A stretch of 64,000 nt of DNA. It comes from an uncultured Fimbriimonadaceae bacterium. GTDB taxonomy: Bacteria; Armatimonadota; Fimbriimonadia; Fimbriimonadales; Fimbriimonadaceae. Shown here piece after piece: positions 8,572-17,148 of the stretch; the stretch's first letter is position 1, and every line of letters starts with the position of its first letter. The notes beneath the pieces were generated by a model that was not told where the DNA came from, ran no database searches, and saw only the letters and a list, made by a program, of their open reading frames with translations. Location: contig CBFGUV010000003.1 in the NCBI GenBank assembly GCA_965652385.1, forward strand, positions 41,411 through 105,410, in the 5' to 3' direction. Position numbers and translations under genes: made by a program.

Positions 8572-10764
8572 CTACTCAAGCGGGTCGATGGCGAGCACTT
8601 GCTCGATCTTGGCGATCTCCAGCAGCTTCTCTGCGTCGGCTTCGCCGAAGACCACCTTGAGGCCCTTGTCCTGCTCAGCCAGCTTGAATCCGGCTTTCTT
8701 GAGTGCTTCCAGGAGTTCGGGAGTGATTTCGTCCACACGGATCATCAGCTCCAACTTGCCGGTTTTGTCATTCAGCTTCTTGGAGATTTTGTCTGCGGGG
8801 GAGCTGTTGCCCATCCTCATTAAGCCGATATCGAAGCCACCGCCTCCGGCGCTCTTCACTGAAGCAGGTCGTGACCCCGCAAAGGTGTTGCCTCGCTGGA
8901 AGCTGCCGAAGACGCCTTCATGACTCACGCCATCGGTCATATCCACCGGAACCTCAACCGTCCGCTGCTTGCCGCCGATGTTCACGACCCGCTTCTCGAC
9001 CGCCACGAAGGAGGTCTGCGAAGTCATGATGCCGTAGGCGAGACCCAACTGAGCGATCTGCTCATTGAAGGCCTTGGTCTGCTCCGGATCAGCGCCATAG
9101 GCTTGGCGGGCGATGTCCGCCACCTGCTGGCGCGCCCAAAGGACCGGCAGCGCTGAGCTATCCTGCCCCCGCGCCGGAAGCGTGACATCCATCGTCTTGG
9201 ACCAAGCCTGGCCGCCCAGCTTGCCGCTGAGCACCAGCTTTGCCCGCCCCGGCCGCTCATAGCGGCCAAAGATGACCACCGGCTTGGACCCGAATACATC
9301 CGGCGTGAATTCCGGAGTGATCTTGGAGAGCCCGCCCTCCGTCTTGATGCTGATGTCGGTCAGCACCGGGTTCCGCATCCGCTTGATGAAGCGTTCGACC
9401 GCCGGGTCGGCGCTCTCGGCGAGGGTGACGATCTCGGCATCGCCGCGTCCTTCCAGACTCATCGACTCGATGAGGTACCGGTTCACGCCGTTGCCGATGC
9501 CGAAGGTGAACATGCGGGCCTGGCCGTTTCGCGCCTGGACCTCTTTCAGCACTTCCGTCTCGTTGCCGATGAAGCCGTCGGTGTTGAAGACGACGATCTT
9601 GAGCCGGCCGCTCTCCGGTGCATCCTTGTAGGCCATCCGCACAGCGGGCAGCATCATCGTGCCGCCATTGGCTTCCAGCCCATCCAGATAGTTGGTCGCT
9701 TCGCGGACGGCCTCGCCATCGGCCATCTGCGGGGAGGCCCACAGTTGGCGCGGCTGATCAGAGAAGGAGATGACGTTGAAGGTGTCCTGCCGGTTGAGCT
9801 GCTGAATCATCTTCTTTGCCAGCTCGCGCGATTTGTCCAGCGGGAAGCCGCGCTGGCTGCCGCTCTGGTCCATCACAAAGGTGACCTCTTTGGGCCGGAT
9901 CACATCCTGCGCGGGCTGCTTGGGCGGCATGAAGACCACGCAGAAGGTGCCCCCGGTGCCCTGCGGGTCGCCCTGGGCATAGAAGCCCGTCTGCACTCCA
10001 TCGCCCGAAGGCCGCCAGCGGCAGATGAAGTCGCGGTTCGGAATCTCGTCCCGGCGGCTCAGGCTGACGGTCGCGCCGTTGGTCTGCCGATCCACCCGCA
10101 CCGCGTGAAGAACGCTCTCCACGGTCTGCAGCGGACCATCCGACTTGATGGCCAGGCTCAGCTCGATGCCTGCGCCAGACCGGGTGCCTTCCGGCGCCAC
10201 GGGCGGGCTGATCTTGTCCGGGTCTTCCACACCGCCCGGAATGAACCGCGGCCCGACCACCATCGGGAAGCTGAATTCAAACAGGCCGTCCTCATAGTCG
10301 AGCACCTCGACGTAGCTGATCTCAACCTCGATCTTCGCCCCCGGCATCACATTTGCCAGCGACTGCGTAAAGATGTTGGGCCGTTCTTGGTCGAGGAGAC
10401 TTGCGGTCTGTCCTGCAGCCTTGGCCGCTTCATAGATGCGCCGGGCCTCTTCCCTGCGCTTGATCTCGCCCTCGATGATGCGGTCGCCGATGCGGATGCG
10501 CATGCGGTCAACCGCCGCCTTCTCCGACATCGGGAAGGTGTAGATCGCCTCAATTGGCGTGGTGCTGGGGTTGGTGAAGGTCTGGACCAGCGTCACGCGC
10601 GCCGCCATGCCTGTGGCTTCTGCGCGCACCGAAGTCTTTTCCAACGGCATCACCGCCTGCGGCTGGCCCTCTTTATCAAGAATCGAAATCTGTCCCGGCG
10701 TCGAACCGGATGGCCCGCCTGCCTGCAGCAGCGCAAAGGCCAGTAGTGCATTCGTGAGCATCAC
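8572..10764 (-). CDS. Secreted VIT-domain and von Willebrand factor type A domain protein
   Basis: Signal-like N-terminus. The VIT-like region has TLVQTFTNPSTTPIEAIYTFP. The vWA MIDAS-like motif is FVMDQSGS, followed by NTDGFIGNE. Confidence 0.8.
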   Translation of the reverse strand: MMLTNALLAFALLQAGGPSGSTPGQISILDKEGQPQAVMPLEKTSVRAEATGMAARVTLVQTFTNPSTTPIEAIYTFPMSEKAAVDRMRIRIGDRIIEGEIKRREEARRIYEAAKAAGQTASLLDQERPNIFTQSLANVMPGAKIEVEISYVEVLDYEDGLFEFSFPMVVGPRFIPGGVEDPDKISPPVAPEGTRSGAGIELSLAIKSDGPLQTVESVLHAVRVDRQTNGATVSLSRRDEIPNRDFICRWRPSGDGVQTGFYAQGDPQGTGGTFCVVFMPPKQPAQDVIRPKEVTFVMDQSGSQRGFPLDKSRELAKKMIQQLNRQDTFNVISFSDQPRQLWASPQMADGEAVREATNYLDGLEANGGTMMLPAVRMAYKDAPESGRLKIVVFNTDGFIGNETEVLKEVQARNGQARMFTFGIGNGVNRYLIESMSLEGRGDAEIVTLAESADPAVERFIKRMRNPVLTDISIKTEGGLSKITPEFTPDVFGSKPVVIFGRYERPGRAKLVLSGKLGGQAWSKTMDVTLPARGQDSSALPVLWARQQVADIARQAYGADPEQTKAFNEQIAQLGLAYGIMTSQTSFVAVEKRVVNIGGKQRTVEVPVDMTDGVSHEGVFGSFQRGNTFAGSRPASVKSAGGGGFDIGLMRMGNSSPADKISKKLNDKTGKLELMIRVDEITPELLEALKKAGFKLAEQDKGLKVVFGEADAEKLLEIAKIEQVLAIDPLE

Positions 10765-10834
10765 ATCTCCCTCTTTGAAGGTTCCGACGCTTCGGCCCCG
10801 CTGGGACTACGCCTATTTGGTCCCGGTCTCCAGC

Positions 10835-10864
10835 TTGACGCCCCGCCCCCCGAAAAGGTTTAAT
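10835..10864 (+). promoter_or_regulatory. Candidate sigma70-type promoter for tRNA-Ala
   Basis: TTGACG (10835..10840), an 18-nt spacer, then TTTAAT (10859..10864). It ends 13 nt upstream of the tRNA 5' end. Confidence 0.35.
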
Positions 10865-10877
10865 ACCGACTCCTCGT

Positions 10878-10953
10878 GGGGCTATAGCTCAGTTGGGAGA
10901 GCGCTTCCATGGCATGGAAGAGGTCAGGGGTTCGAATCCCCTTAGCTCCACCA
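10878..10953 (+). tRNA. tRNA-Ala (anticodon GGC)
   Basis: Hand-folded 76-nt cloverleaf. Acceptor GGGGCTA/TAGCTCC with the G3:U70 alanine identity pair, anticodon loop ATGGCAT, T-loop GGTTCGAATCC, and an encoded CCA. Confidence 0.93.
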
Positions 10954-10973
10954 AACCCCACCCGTTCAGGTTC
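10909..10973 (+). repeat. attL: direct repeat covering the tRNA-Ala 3' half plus 20 nt downstream
   Basis: 10909..10963 is identical to 26093..26147. After one extra C in the right copy, GTTCAGGTTC matches again. The repeat begins at the anticodon loop. Confidence 0.88.
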
Positions 10974-11034
10974 AAAATCGCTCTCTCCCACCTGACCTAT
11001 CGCCCCTTGATTCCTCCGGCACAAGGAAAAAACA

Positions 11035-11988
11035 GTGCCAAAACTCACGATTGACCAATTCCGCGAGGATTCTGGGAAAACACTCAATGAGGCCGTAGAG
11101 TCGTACTTCCTGCACAAGAGAGCAGCGGGACATTCGCCCTCATCCATCAAGCAGTACAAGTGGGCTCTGCGTGGCCTGACCGACTGGCTTGAGGCACATA
11201 AAATAGCCTCGCCAGCCGATATCAGGCCGGACCATCTACGACTGTATATGGAGACCGTGAAACAGCGAGGGCTCGCCTCTTCAACCGTTTTCAGCCACTT
11301 CAAATGCATCCATGCCTGGCTGACCTTCCTGCACTCGGAGGAAGAGATCCCCACCAACCCGATCCAGAAGGTAACGGCACCTAAAGTGATCAAGAGGATT
11401 CATCCAGCCTTGACACAAGATGAGCTAAGAAGGCTGGACACTCATCTTGCTGGAAAGTCTGTCTTCAAGATTCGAGACCGAGCAATCTTCCTTCTGATGC
11501 TGGACACATGCCTTAGGAGGTTTGAAGTAGCCGATATAAGAAACCGTGATATACGGGATGACGGCACGATCCTGGTTCTTGGCAAAGGCGGCAAGGAGCG
11601 CATCGTCAAGATGGGACCTCATACGCTTGCGGCAGTCCGCAAATGGATGCGCGTCCGAGGAGGCAAGCCTGACGACTGGCTGTGGGTCGGCAAGCATGGT
11701 CCTTTGACCAAATGGGGCTTGACCATTCGGTTCGAGCAGATCAGCAGACAGACGGGCATTCACCTACACGCTCACAAGATACGCAGGACCGGAGCTCTCC
11801 TCATGTACCGATCAGGGATGTCACTCTTCACGCTTCAGACAATCTTAGGCCACGCTTCGCCTGAGACAACCCGGATTTACTTGGACATCCGGGAAGAAGA
11901 CATTTGCCGCGAACATGATATGCATAGTCCGGTGGAGTCCTTGAAACGGCAAAGAGGATCAATGCCAAAAAACCGCCAGAGTATGTGA
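11035..11988 (+). CDS. Tyrosine-type site-specific integrase (XerC/D-like)
   Basis: N-terminal SAM-like core-binding domain. Catalytic signatures are DTCLRRFEVADI (Arg I), HAHKIRRTGA (H-x-x-R) and LGHASPETTRIYLD (His and Tyr). GTG start. Confidence 0.9.
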   Translation: MPKLTIDQFREDSGKTLNEAVESYFLHKRAAGHSPSSIKQYKWALRGLTDWLEAHKIASPADIRPDHLRLYMETVKQRGLASSTVFSHFKCIHAWLTFLHSEEEIPTNPIQKVTAPKVIKRIHPALTQDELRRLDTHLAGKSVFKIRDRAIFLLMLDTCLRRFEVADIRNRDIRDDGTILVLGKGGKERIVKMGPHTLAAVRKWMRVRGGKPDDWLWVGKHGPLTKWGLTIRFEQISRQTGIHLHAHKIRRTGALLMYRSGMSLFTLQTILGHASPETTRIYLDIREEDICREHDMHSPVESLKRQRGSMPKNRQSM

Positions 11989-12019
11989 TGGGAATCTGAC
12001 GAGCCTCCCCATCACATAC
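11981..12019 (+). terminator. Hairpin at the integrase stop codon (possible terminator)
   Basis: Perfect 12-bp stem GTATGTGATGGG / CCCATCACATAC with a 15-nt loop. Only a weak T tract (TT) follows. Confidence 0.35.
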
Positions 12020-12439
12020 TTAACGGCAATTAGCCGTGGTCAGTTCTCGTCAGGGCTGACCTTATCATTTGGTTGAACCCATCTGATTGGGTGGTGGCCT
12101 GGTATGGCTGGCTCAGAAACAGCAGCAGATCAGCTCAAAACAGAGCGGAATTGAGCAAAGTATTGCTGCTCCAGATAGGGGGTGGGTTCCAATAATGACC
12201 CCGGGGTCGTTTTCCTGCGGTAGTTCCTGCACCGAGGCGGAGCAGGAGTCCTCAAGACGGGGTGTCTGGACCTAGCGGTCCAGCCTGGAAAACGAGCCCT
12301 CTCATAAAGTCCGATTATCGGTCCGCTTCGCAAGCACTTCGTGCTTCAACGATAATCGTGGTTTATGAAGGTCTCGAATCTCTTGAGACCGGACCTTGTT
12401 CGACCTGTGTGATTCCAGGCGCTTCGAGCCTGAAACGGG

Positions 12440-13294
12440 GTGAGGCATCGACCTCGCTTGGAGACACACATGAACGAACAGATCAATTCCATCACTCAGA
12501 AGGCTCTCAGCGACCTGGCTTCCTCCCTCGCAGAAGGCAGAAGCCACAGACTGGAATGCTTTTTGAAGGCGATGGCGACATTCCACCGCTACAGCTGGCA
12601 GAACACCCTTCTCATCTTCTCCCAGAAGCCGGAAGCCACGCACGTTGCGGGATTCAGGGCCTGGAAGAAGCTGGGCAGATGGGTGAGGAGCGGAGAACGC
12701 GGAATATCGATCCTCGCTCCCTTAATGTTCAAAGCCAAAGACGAGAAGGGGGATGAGGAGCAGATTCTGGGATACAAGGCGGTCCGCGTCTTTGATATCT
12801 CGCAGACCGATGGCCGGCCACTGCCCGACCTTGGAAAGGTGAGGGGTCAGCCGGGAAACCACATCGGCCGACTCATGACATTCGCAAAGAAGGAGGGCAT
12901 CACCATCGAGTGCGTCGAAGATCTCGGCGGAGCCGATGGCGCCTCTGCCGGAGGAGCCATCAAGCTCCTTAGAGGACTTCCACCCGGAGAGATGTTCGCC
13001 GTCCTTGCACACGAACTCGCGCACGAGCTTCTCCATCAGGGAGAGGACTTTGACCGTGGAACGGAGGAGCTGGAGGCAGAGGCCGTTTCGTTTGTCCTCT
13101 GCAGCGCGATCGGTCTTGAAACTCTGGAGAGGAGTTCTGATTACATCGCGCTCTATCGAGGCGACGAAAAGGCGCTGGTCGAATCCTTCACGAGAATCCA
13201 GTCAGCCTGCAGCCGGATGCTTCCGGTCGTGATGGACCGGACGCAAAGGAGGGCGATGCAGAGAGGCCTCTTTTCAGGCTTCGGGCACGGATGA
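12440..13294 (+). CDS. ardC: ArdC-like anti-restriction protein (ssDNA-binding N-domain plus HExxH metalloprotease domain)
   Basis: ArdC-N/DUF1738-type motif YSWQNTLLIFSQ..GFRAWKKLGRWVRSGERGI, and a C-terminal LAHELAHELLH motif. The likely true start is the ATG at 12470 (MNEQINS). Confidence 0.78.
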   Translation: MRHRPRLETHMNEQINSITQKALSDLASSLAEGRSHRLECFLKAMATFHRYSWQNTLLIFSQKPEATHVAGFRAWKKLGRWVRSGERGISILAPLMFKAKDEKGDEEQILGYKAVRVFDISQTDGRPLPDLGKVRGQPGNHIGRLMTFAKKEGITIECVEDLGGADGASAGGAIKLLRGLPPGEMFAVLAHELAHELLHQGEDFDRGTEELEAEAVSFVLCSAIGLETLERSSDYIALYRGDEKALVESFTRIQSACSRMLPVVMDRTQRRAMQRGLFSGFGHG

Positions 13295-13421
13295 TCTGGG
13301 CTGTCACGGCTCATCGGGAGATACTGAGTAGATCAGCATCTCCCGTGATGCCCTTTCTTCAAAAGGGACGCCTACATCCCGCCCATCCGCAAGCCCGGTC
13401 GAGATGGACTATGGACAGAAT

Positions 13422-13748
13422 CTACAAACCCTGATGCCAGAAGCAGTTCAACTCATGACCGCGTTGACGGAGGTCATAAATCTTGTCCTTGATTCTGTCG
13501 CTCTCACGGTCATACCGCGCATAGCTGATGTCCTTGTTGTCATAGTGCCAGTCCAGCTCCGCCCTCTCCTCCGCCGCCTCAAGAATCATTCCTTCGATTG
13601 TGTAACAGGATGTGACTGACTCGTATGGCTTCGCCTGGGCGCAGGATCCGATCACTCCGTAAAGGATGATTCCGGCTCCAAAGAGAATTGATCCCCACAC
13701 GACAACTCTCTGGACGGTCTTGATTTTTATGACGATTACGTCACTCAC
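13422..13748 (-). CDS. Small membrane protein, function unknown
   Basis: 108 aa with one hydrophobic helix (VVVWGSILFGAGIILYGVIG) and a charged C-terminal tail. Overlaps the upstream ORF by 8 nt. Confidence 0.5.
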   Translation of the reverse strand: MSDVIVIKIKTVQRVVVWGSILFGAGIILYGVIGSCAQAKPYESVTSCYTIEGMILEAAEERAELDWHYDNKDISYARYDRESDRIKDKIYDLRQRGHELNCFWHQGL

Positions 13749-14226
13749 TGATCCTTCTCCAAGTCACTGAGAGATTTGGGTTAGCTGAGGAAGTCAGGGT
13801 GAGTTCGGACGGGCTCGCGAAGCTGCACTTCCACGACTCGAATTGGCCGTTGTGCAGGGTGATGATTAGCTTGTCACCCTCCAGTTCGTACCATCCTCTA
13901 ACGGGCTCTGACAAATAGATGATTCGGTTCCTATGACGGCGCACCTCCGGACGTACTCCATCCTTCTGCTGCTGTTCGGAGACAGGCGCAAAGCCAGAAG
14001 TGAACCTTCCGTCAAATTCAAAAAGGAGCCTTGCTGTGAATCCGCCCCGTTCCCCCTCCCAGGCTCCCACCAAGCTGTATATCTTCGGCCTTGGCTCGTT
14101 ACTCGTCACCCGAATAATAAGGCTGGGAAGGAAGAGTATGAGAGCAATCCCTCCAAATAGGGCAGTGAGAAAAGCCAACTCAGTACGCCATGTCCGGGTT
14201 GGTCGGGAATCTATCGTCATACTCAC
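13741..14226 (-). CDS. Membrane-anchored protein, function unknown
   Basis: 161 aa with an N-terminal TM helix (LAFLTALFGGIALILFLPSLII) followed by a beta-rich soluble part. Divergent from the XRE regulator gene. Confidence 0.55.
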   Translation of the reverse strand: MSMTIDSRPTRTWRTELAFLTALFGGIALILFLPSLIIRVTSNEPRPKIYSLVGAWEGERGGFTARLLFEFDGRFTSGFAPVSEQQQKDGVRPEVRRHRNRIIYLSEPVRGWYELEGDKLIITLHNGQFESWKCSFASPSELTLTSSANPNLSVTWRRISE

Positions 14227-14234
14227 AACAGACT

Positions 14235-14257
14235 AATGACTATAACTTATAGTCATT
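14235..14257. promoter_or_regulatory. Perfect 23-bp palindrome, candidate operator for the XRE regulator
   Basis: AATGACTATAA-C-TTATAGTCATT has 11-bp arms with no mismatch. It lies in the 53-nt divergent intergenic region between 14226 and 14280. Confidence 0.6.
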
Positions 14258-14279
14258 TATCAGTGCAAGTCTTGGTGCC

Positions 14280-14546
14280 TTGGGTAAAGAAGGCCGCAAA
14301 TCGCTCAACACGAAGGAGCACGACCTGCTCTTGGCGACACTTCGAGACGCACGGGAAGCGGTCGGACTCTCACAACGGGAAGTCAGTCGTCGCCTTGGAT
14401 TCCAGGAATCGGTCTACGGTGCGATTGAGCGGGGAGAGCGCTCGCTCGACGTAGTTGAATTTGTCTTAGTTGCCCGGGCTCTGGACCGTGAGCCAGTTGA
14501 GCTCTTTGGACGGTTTCTCAACGCCGAGAAATCCAATCCCGCATAG
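14280..14546 (+). CDS. XRE (Cro/CI) family helix-turn-helix transcriptional regulator
   Basis: The HTH_3-type motif is LSQREVSRRLGFQESVYGAIERGERSLDVVEFVLVARAL. TTG start, so the start is uncertain. Confidence 0.78.
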   Translation: MGKEGRKSLNTKEHDLLLATLRDAREAVGLSQREVSRRLGFQESVYGAIERGERSLDVVEFVLVARALDREPVELFGRFLNAEKSNPA

Positions 14547-14818
14547 GTTGAAACCAAGTAGCCATGATAGTCCCGATCTGTAGACCCGATCGGAACCCAG
14601 CCGAATACTGAGACGTTGAATCTATAGAGATCATTTCCACTCACCAGTAGAAATGGCCCTTTGGAGGCCGAATCACGCGCGGTCGCGGTGATGTTGTCCG
14701 AGGGCAGACCTCTCTTCAAGGTTGGACACCACGAAGAAACTTCAGAATCGGCCACTACTTGTTCAAATTCATTTTGGTGTTTTTGAACCGAATCCATATC
14801 GTCCTGGCTAGACATCAT
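14414..14818 (-). CDS. Hypothetical protein (doubtful)
   Basis: 134-aa ORF divergent from the RepA-like gene. Its 3' end overlaps the XRE gene by about 130 nt, and I recognise no motif. Confidence 0.22.
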   Translation of the reverse strand: MMSSQDDMDSVQKHQNEFEQVVADSEVSSWCPTLKRGLPSDNITATARDSASKGPFLLVSGNDLYRFNVSVFGWVPIGSTDRDYHGYLVSTYAGLDFSALRNRPKSSTGSRSRARATKTNSTTSSERSPRSIAP

Positions 14819-14943
14819 TGCATGGTGTCTGGGCCCTAGATATTTATTCGGTTTCTACACCATAAAATGAGAAAACAGAGAACATATAACTCGCAAGAGA
14901 GATTTGGTCGTTTTTGCATCACCAGCATTTCTGGAGGTGCCCA

Positions 14944-16086
14944 ATGAGCTGGACTTACAAAGTCTTTGACTTCGATGATGTCGAACGTCTCCCCGCTCCG
15001 CGGTACATAGTAGACAAGCTCATCACAGAGAAGTCAATCACCCTTCTCTACGGACCACCGAACGTCGGAAAGTCGCTCGTGGCGCTTGACCTCACCCTAG
15101 ATGTCATTCGAGGCAGTTGTCAATTCGCCGATCAATATAAGGTCTGTACGCCGCGCAATGTCATCTACTTCTTCGCGGAAGGTGCGGAGGGCTTAGGCAA
15201 GCGTCTTCGCGCCATGTGGAAACAAAAGACGCATAACGCGACACAAACAGACTGGGCGGAAGCCAAAGGACGATTTAAGGCCGTCAATGGCGTACCGATC
15301 TTCGGGTCAAGGACATTCTGTGAGGAATGGCAAGGCTTCCTAGGGAGCCGTCCTGAGCTTGCGACGAGAGTCGAGGGTGCACTAATCATCATCGATACCT
15401 TGAGCTATACGCTGGCGGACAGAAGCGAATCGGTTTCCAACGATATGGCAGCCCTTCTCGAGAAAGTTCGATATGTGATCGACAAGCACAATTGCAGCGT
15501 CCTTTTGATTCATCACGGCAATAAACAGGAGAACAGAGGGATGAACAATGTCCGTGGCTCCACTGTTCTCCCGGCGATTGTCGAGATGGCATTCAGTCTA
15601 AAGCGTAACAAGAATGTTTATTACATGACACAAGAAAAGGCTCGTGATTCTGCATACGAGACTGGCATCGCTTATCAACTAGCGCTATCGGATCCGAATG
15701 AGCCGAACAATGGTGTGTATCTTAAGTGGTTAAAGGAGGGCGAGATACCACGCTCGAAGGCTACTGCGTCTATACCTCCAGTTGTAAAGGCGATGAATCA
15801 ACACAACATTGATTCTGAGGACTCTGCCAAAACTGCAAGTGAGATCGCGGCGCTGGAAGAAGTGACGAATGCACGATCAACTGTCTCTGGTCAATTGAAG
15901 AGACTGGCTGAGCAAAAATTGGTGCAGACGAAGAACAATGACAGGGGCTACGCGGTCTACTGGGTTCCGGCGAAGGATGGTGCTGCGTCCACTGCTGATG
16001 ATCCATCTTCTCCCAGAGAAAATGCGAATGTCCAATCTCCGCCACAGGTACAGGAGGAAGCACCAAAGAACCCGTTCGATGATTAG
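14944..16086 (+). CDS. RepA-like AAA (AAA_25/RecA-fold) ATPase with a C-terminal winged-helix-like region; island replication or mobilisation protein
   Basis: Walker A GPPNVGKS, Walker B ALIIIDTLS, LLIHHGNK, and a C-terminal STVSGQLKRLAEQKLVQ. The ATG at 14944 is preceded by GGAGG. The track ORF starts 30 nt earlier. Confidence 0.78.
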   Translation: MSWTYKVFDFDDVERLPAPRYIVDKLITEKSITLLYGPPNVGKSLVALDLTLDVIRGSCQFADQYKVCTPRNVIYFFAEGAEGLGKRLRAMWKQKTHNATQTDWAEAKGRFKAVNGVPIFGSRTFCEEWQGFLGSRPELATRVEGALIIIDTLSYTLADRSESVSNDMAALLEKVRYVIDKHNCSVLLIHHGNKQENRGMNNVRGSTVLPAIVEMAFSLKRNKNVYYMTQEKARDSAYETGIAYQLALSDPNEPNNGVYLKWLKEGEIPRSKATASIPPVVKAMNQHNIDSEDSAKTASEIAALEEVTNARSTVSGQLKRLAEQKLVQTKNNDRGYAVYWVPAKDGAASTADDPSSPRENANVQSPPQVQEEAPKNPFDD

Positions 16087-16105
16087 TACTGCTGGCTAAG
16101 TGCTG

Positions 16106-16178
16106 CCTTGGTGTCGTGTCGGTTGTCTGTTGTCTGCCCCTAAAGGGGGCAGGACAAACCGACACTCGACACCAAGGC
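16106..16178 (+). other. Long imperfect hairpin downstream of the RepA-like gene (terminator or origin-like structure)
   Basis: GCCTTGGTGTCG..CTGCCCC / GGGGCAG..CGACACCAAGGC arms around a TAAA(G) loop. The left arm has a tandem TTGTCTG x2 (16123..16136) that forms a bulge. No T tract follows. Confidence 0.4.
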
Positions 16179-16433
16179 CACGAGTCACCCCTGTAAGCAA
16201 GAGCACGCTAAGCCGCTTGGGGTGCCAACTATAAGCTCCTATTAGTTCTGGGAAAGAGGATTAAACTCTAACAGGTATTCAACCGACTAAGGCGCGCTAG
16301 GCTGATACGTGACACCGAAGATCGTGTCACTCAAGCACCTTCGAAAATCCTGGTTGTCAGAAAACTGCTTGAAAGACTCCGTGTCATCGGGCATCCAAGC
16401 TTCTTGATTGCTAGGGAACAGGCTTTGTTGAGA

Positions 16434-16925
16434 TCACTTCATAGACCCAGTTCCCTTCAAGTCATCGAGGAACTCGGACGCATCGCCTCCAGACGTGACC
16501 AGCAGGTAGTCGCGGGCTCGAGTGCAGGCAACGTAGAGCAGATGCCGTTCGGTTTCGTACACAGCCCTCAAATCGGAGTCTTCTCCAGCGTCTTCAAGTC
16601 TGGATTGCAGAGGAATGATGTCGTCGTCACAAGCCATGACCGCTACGGCTCGGAACTCAAGACCCTTCGCGAGATGCATGGTCGACACGGCAATCGCTCC
16701 GGGTTCGGCAGGAGAGTCGGCATCCAGCTCTTGATAGCTCAGTCCAGCTTTTTTAACAACTTTAGTCGCTCGGATAAGCTGGAGAGTGTCTCGCACGATG
16801 ATGCAGGTCTCCTCCGGGGCGATGCCTAAGCCGGACATTCCAAGTACCCCTCGCCAGCGTAAGCGATCACTCAACAACCTCGCGTCCACTCGCTTCCGCC
16901 CTGGCTCCGATGGCATCGAGCTCAA
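16434..16925 (-). pseudogene. Remnant of a UvrD/Rep/PcrA-family helicase (C-terminal domain only)
   Basis: Only the late helicase motifs are present: STMHLAKGLEFRAVAV and LLYVACTRARDYLLV. ATPase motifs I-IV are absent, and only about 220 nt separate it from the hsdR stop. Confidence 0.7.
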
Positions 16926-17148
16926 TATCCAGCCACGCCATCTCTTCCTTGCGTTCCGTGGTGCTCGAATACACCACGGATCAGTGCCGCATTGAAAGTG
17001 AGATCAACGAGCTATTTCAGCAGCTTCGGGCAATCGACTCTATGGTAACGCTCATGCGCCGCGAGGATCGGATTACGCTGCGCCGACTCAGCTCAGAGTA
17101 ATCACGGAGGGGATGGTGGTACTGCTGTGTCGCCACCCCTTTACGCTC

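Noticed and set aside
7271-10746. Plus-strand ORFs at 7271..8392 and 9745..10746 opposite the CCA enzyme and the vWA protein
   Set aside because: Antisense to supported genes. No motifs.
10860-11393. 177-aa minus-strand ORF spanning the tRNA-Ala gene and the integrase 5' end
   Set aside because: It overlaps a well-folded tRNA and the integrase. No motifs. Spurious.
12000-12440. ORFs at 12087..12275, 12130..12333 and 12262..12756 in the gap after the integrase
   Set aside because: They are short, mutually overlapping and motif-free, and one overlaps the ArdC-like gene. The region is better treated as non-coding. I found no excisionase-like HTH ORF.
14236-14454. 72-aa ORF starting inside the 23-bp palindrome
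   Set aside because: It is out of frame with, and overlaps, the XRE gene, which has a clear HTH motif. Its Ser/Arg-rich sequence looks spurious.
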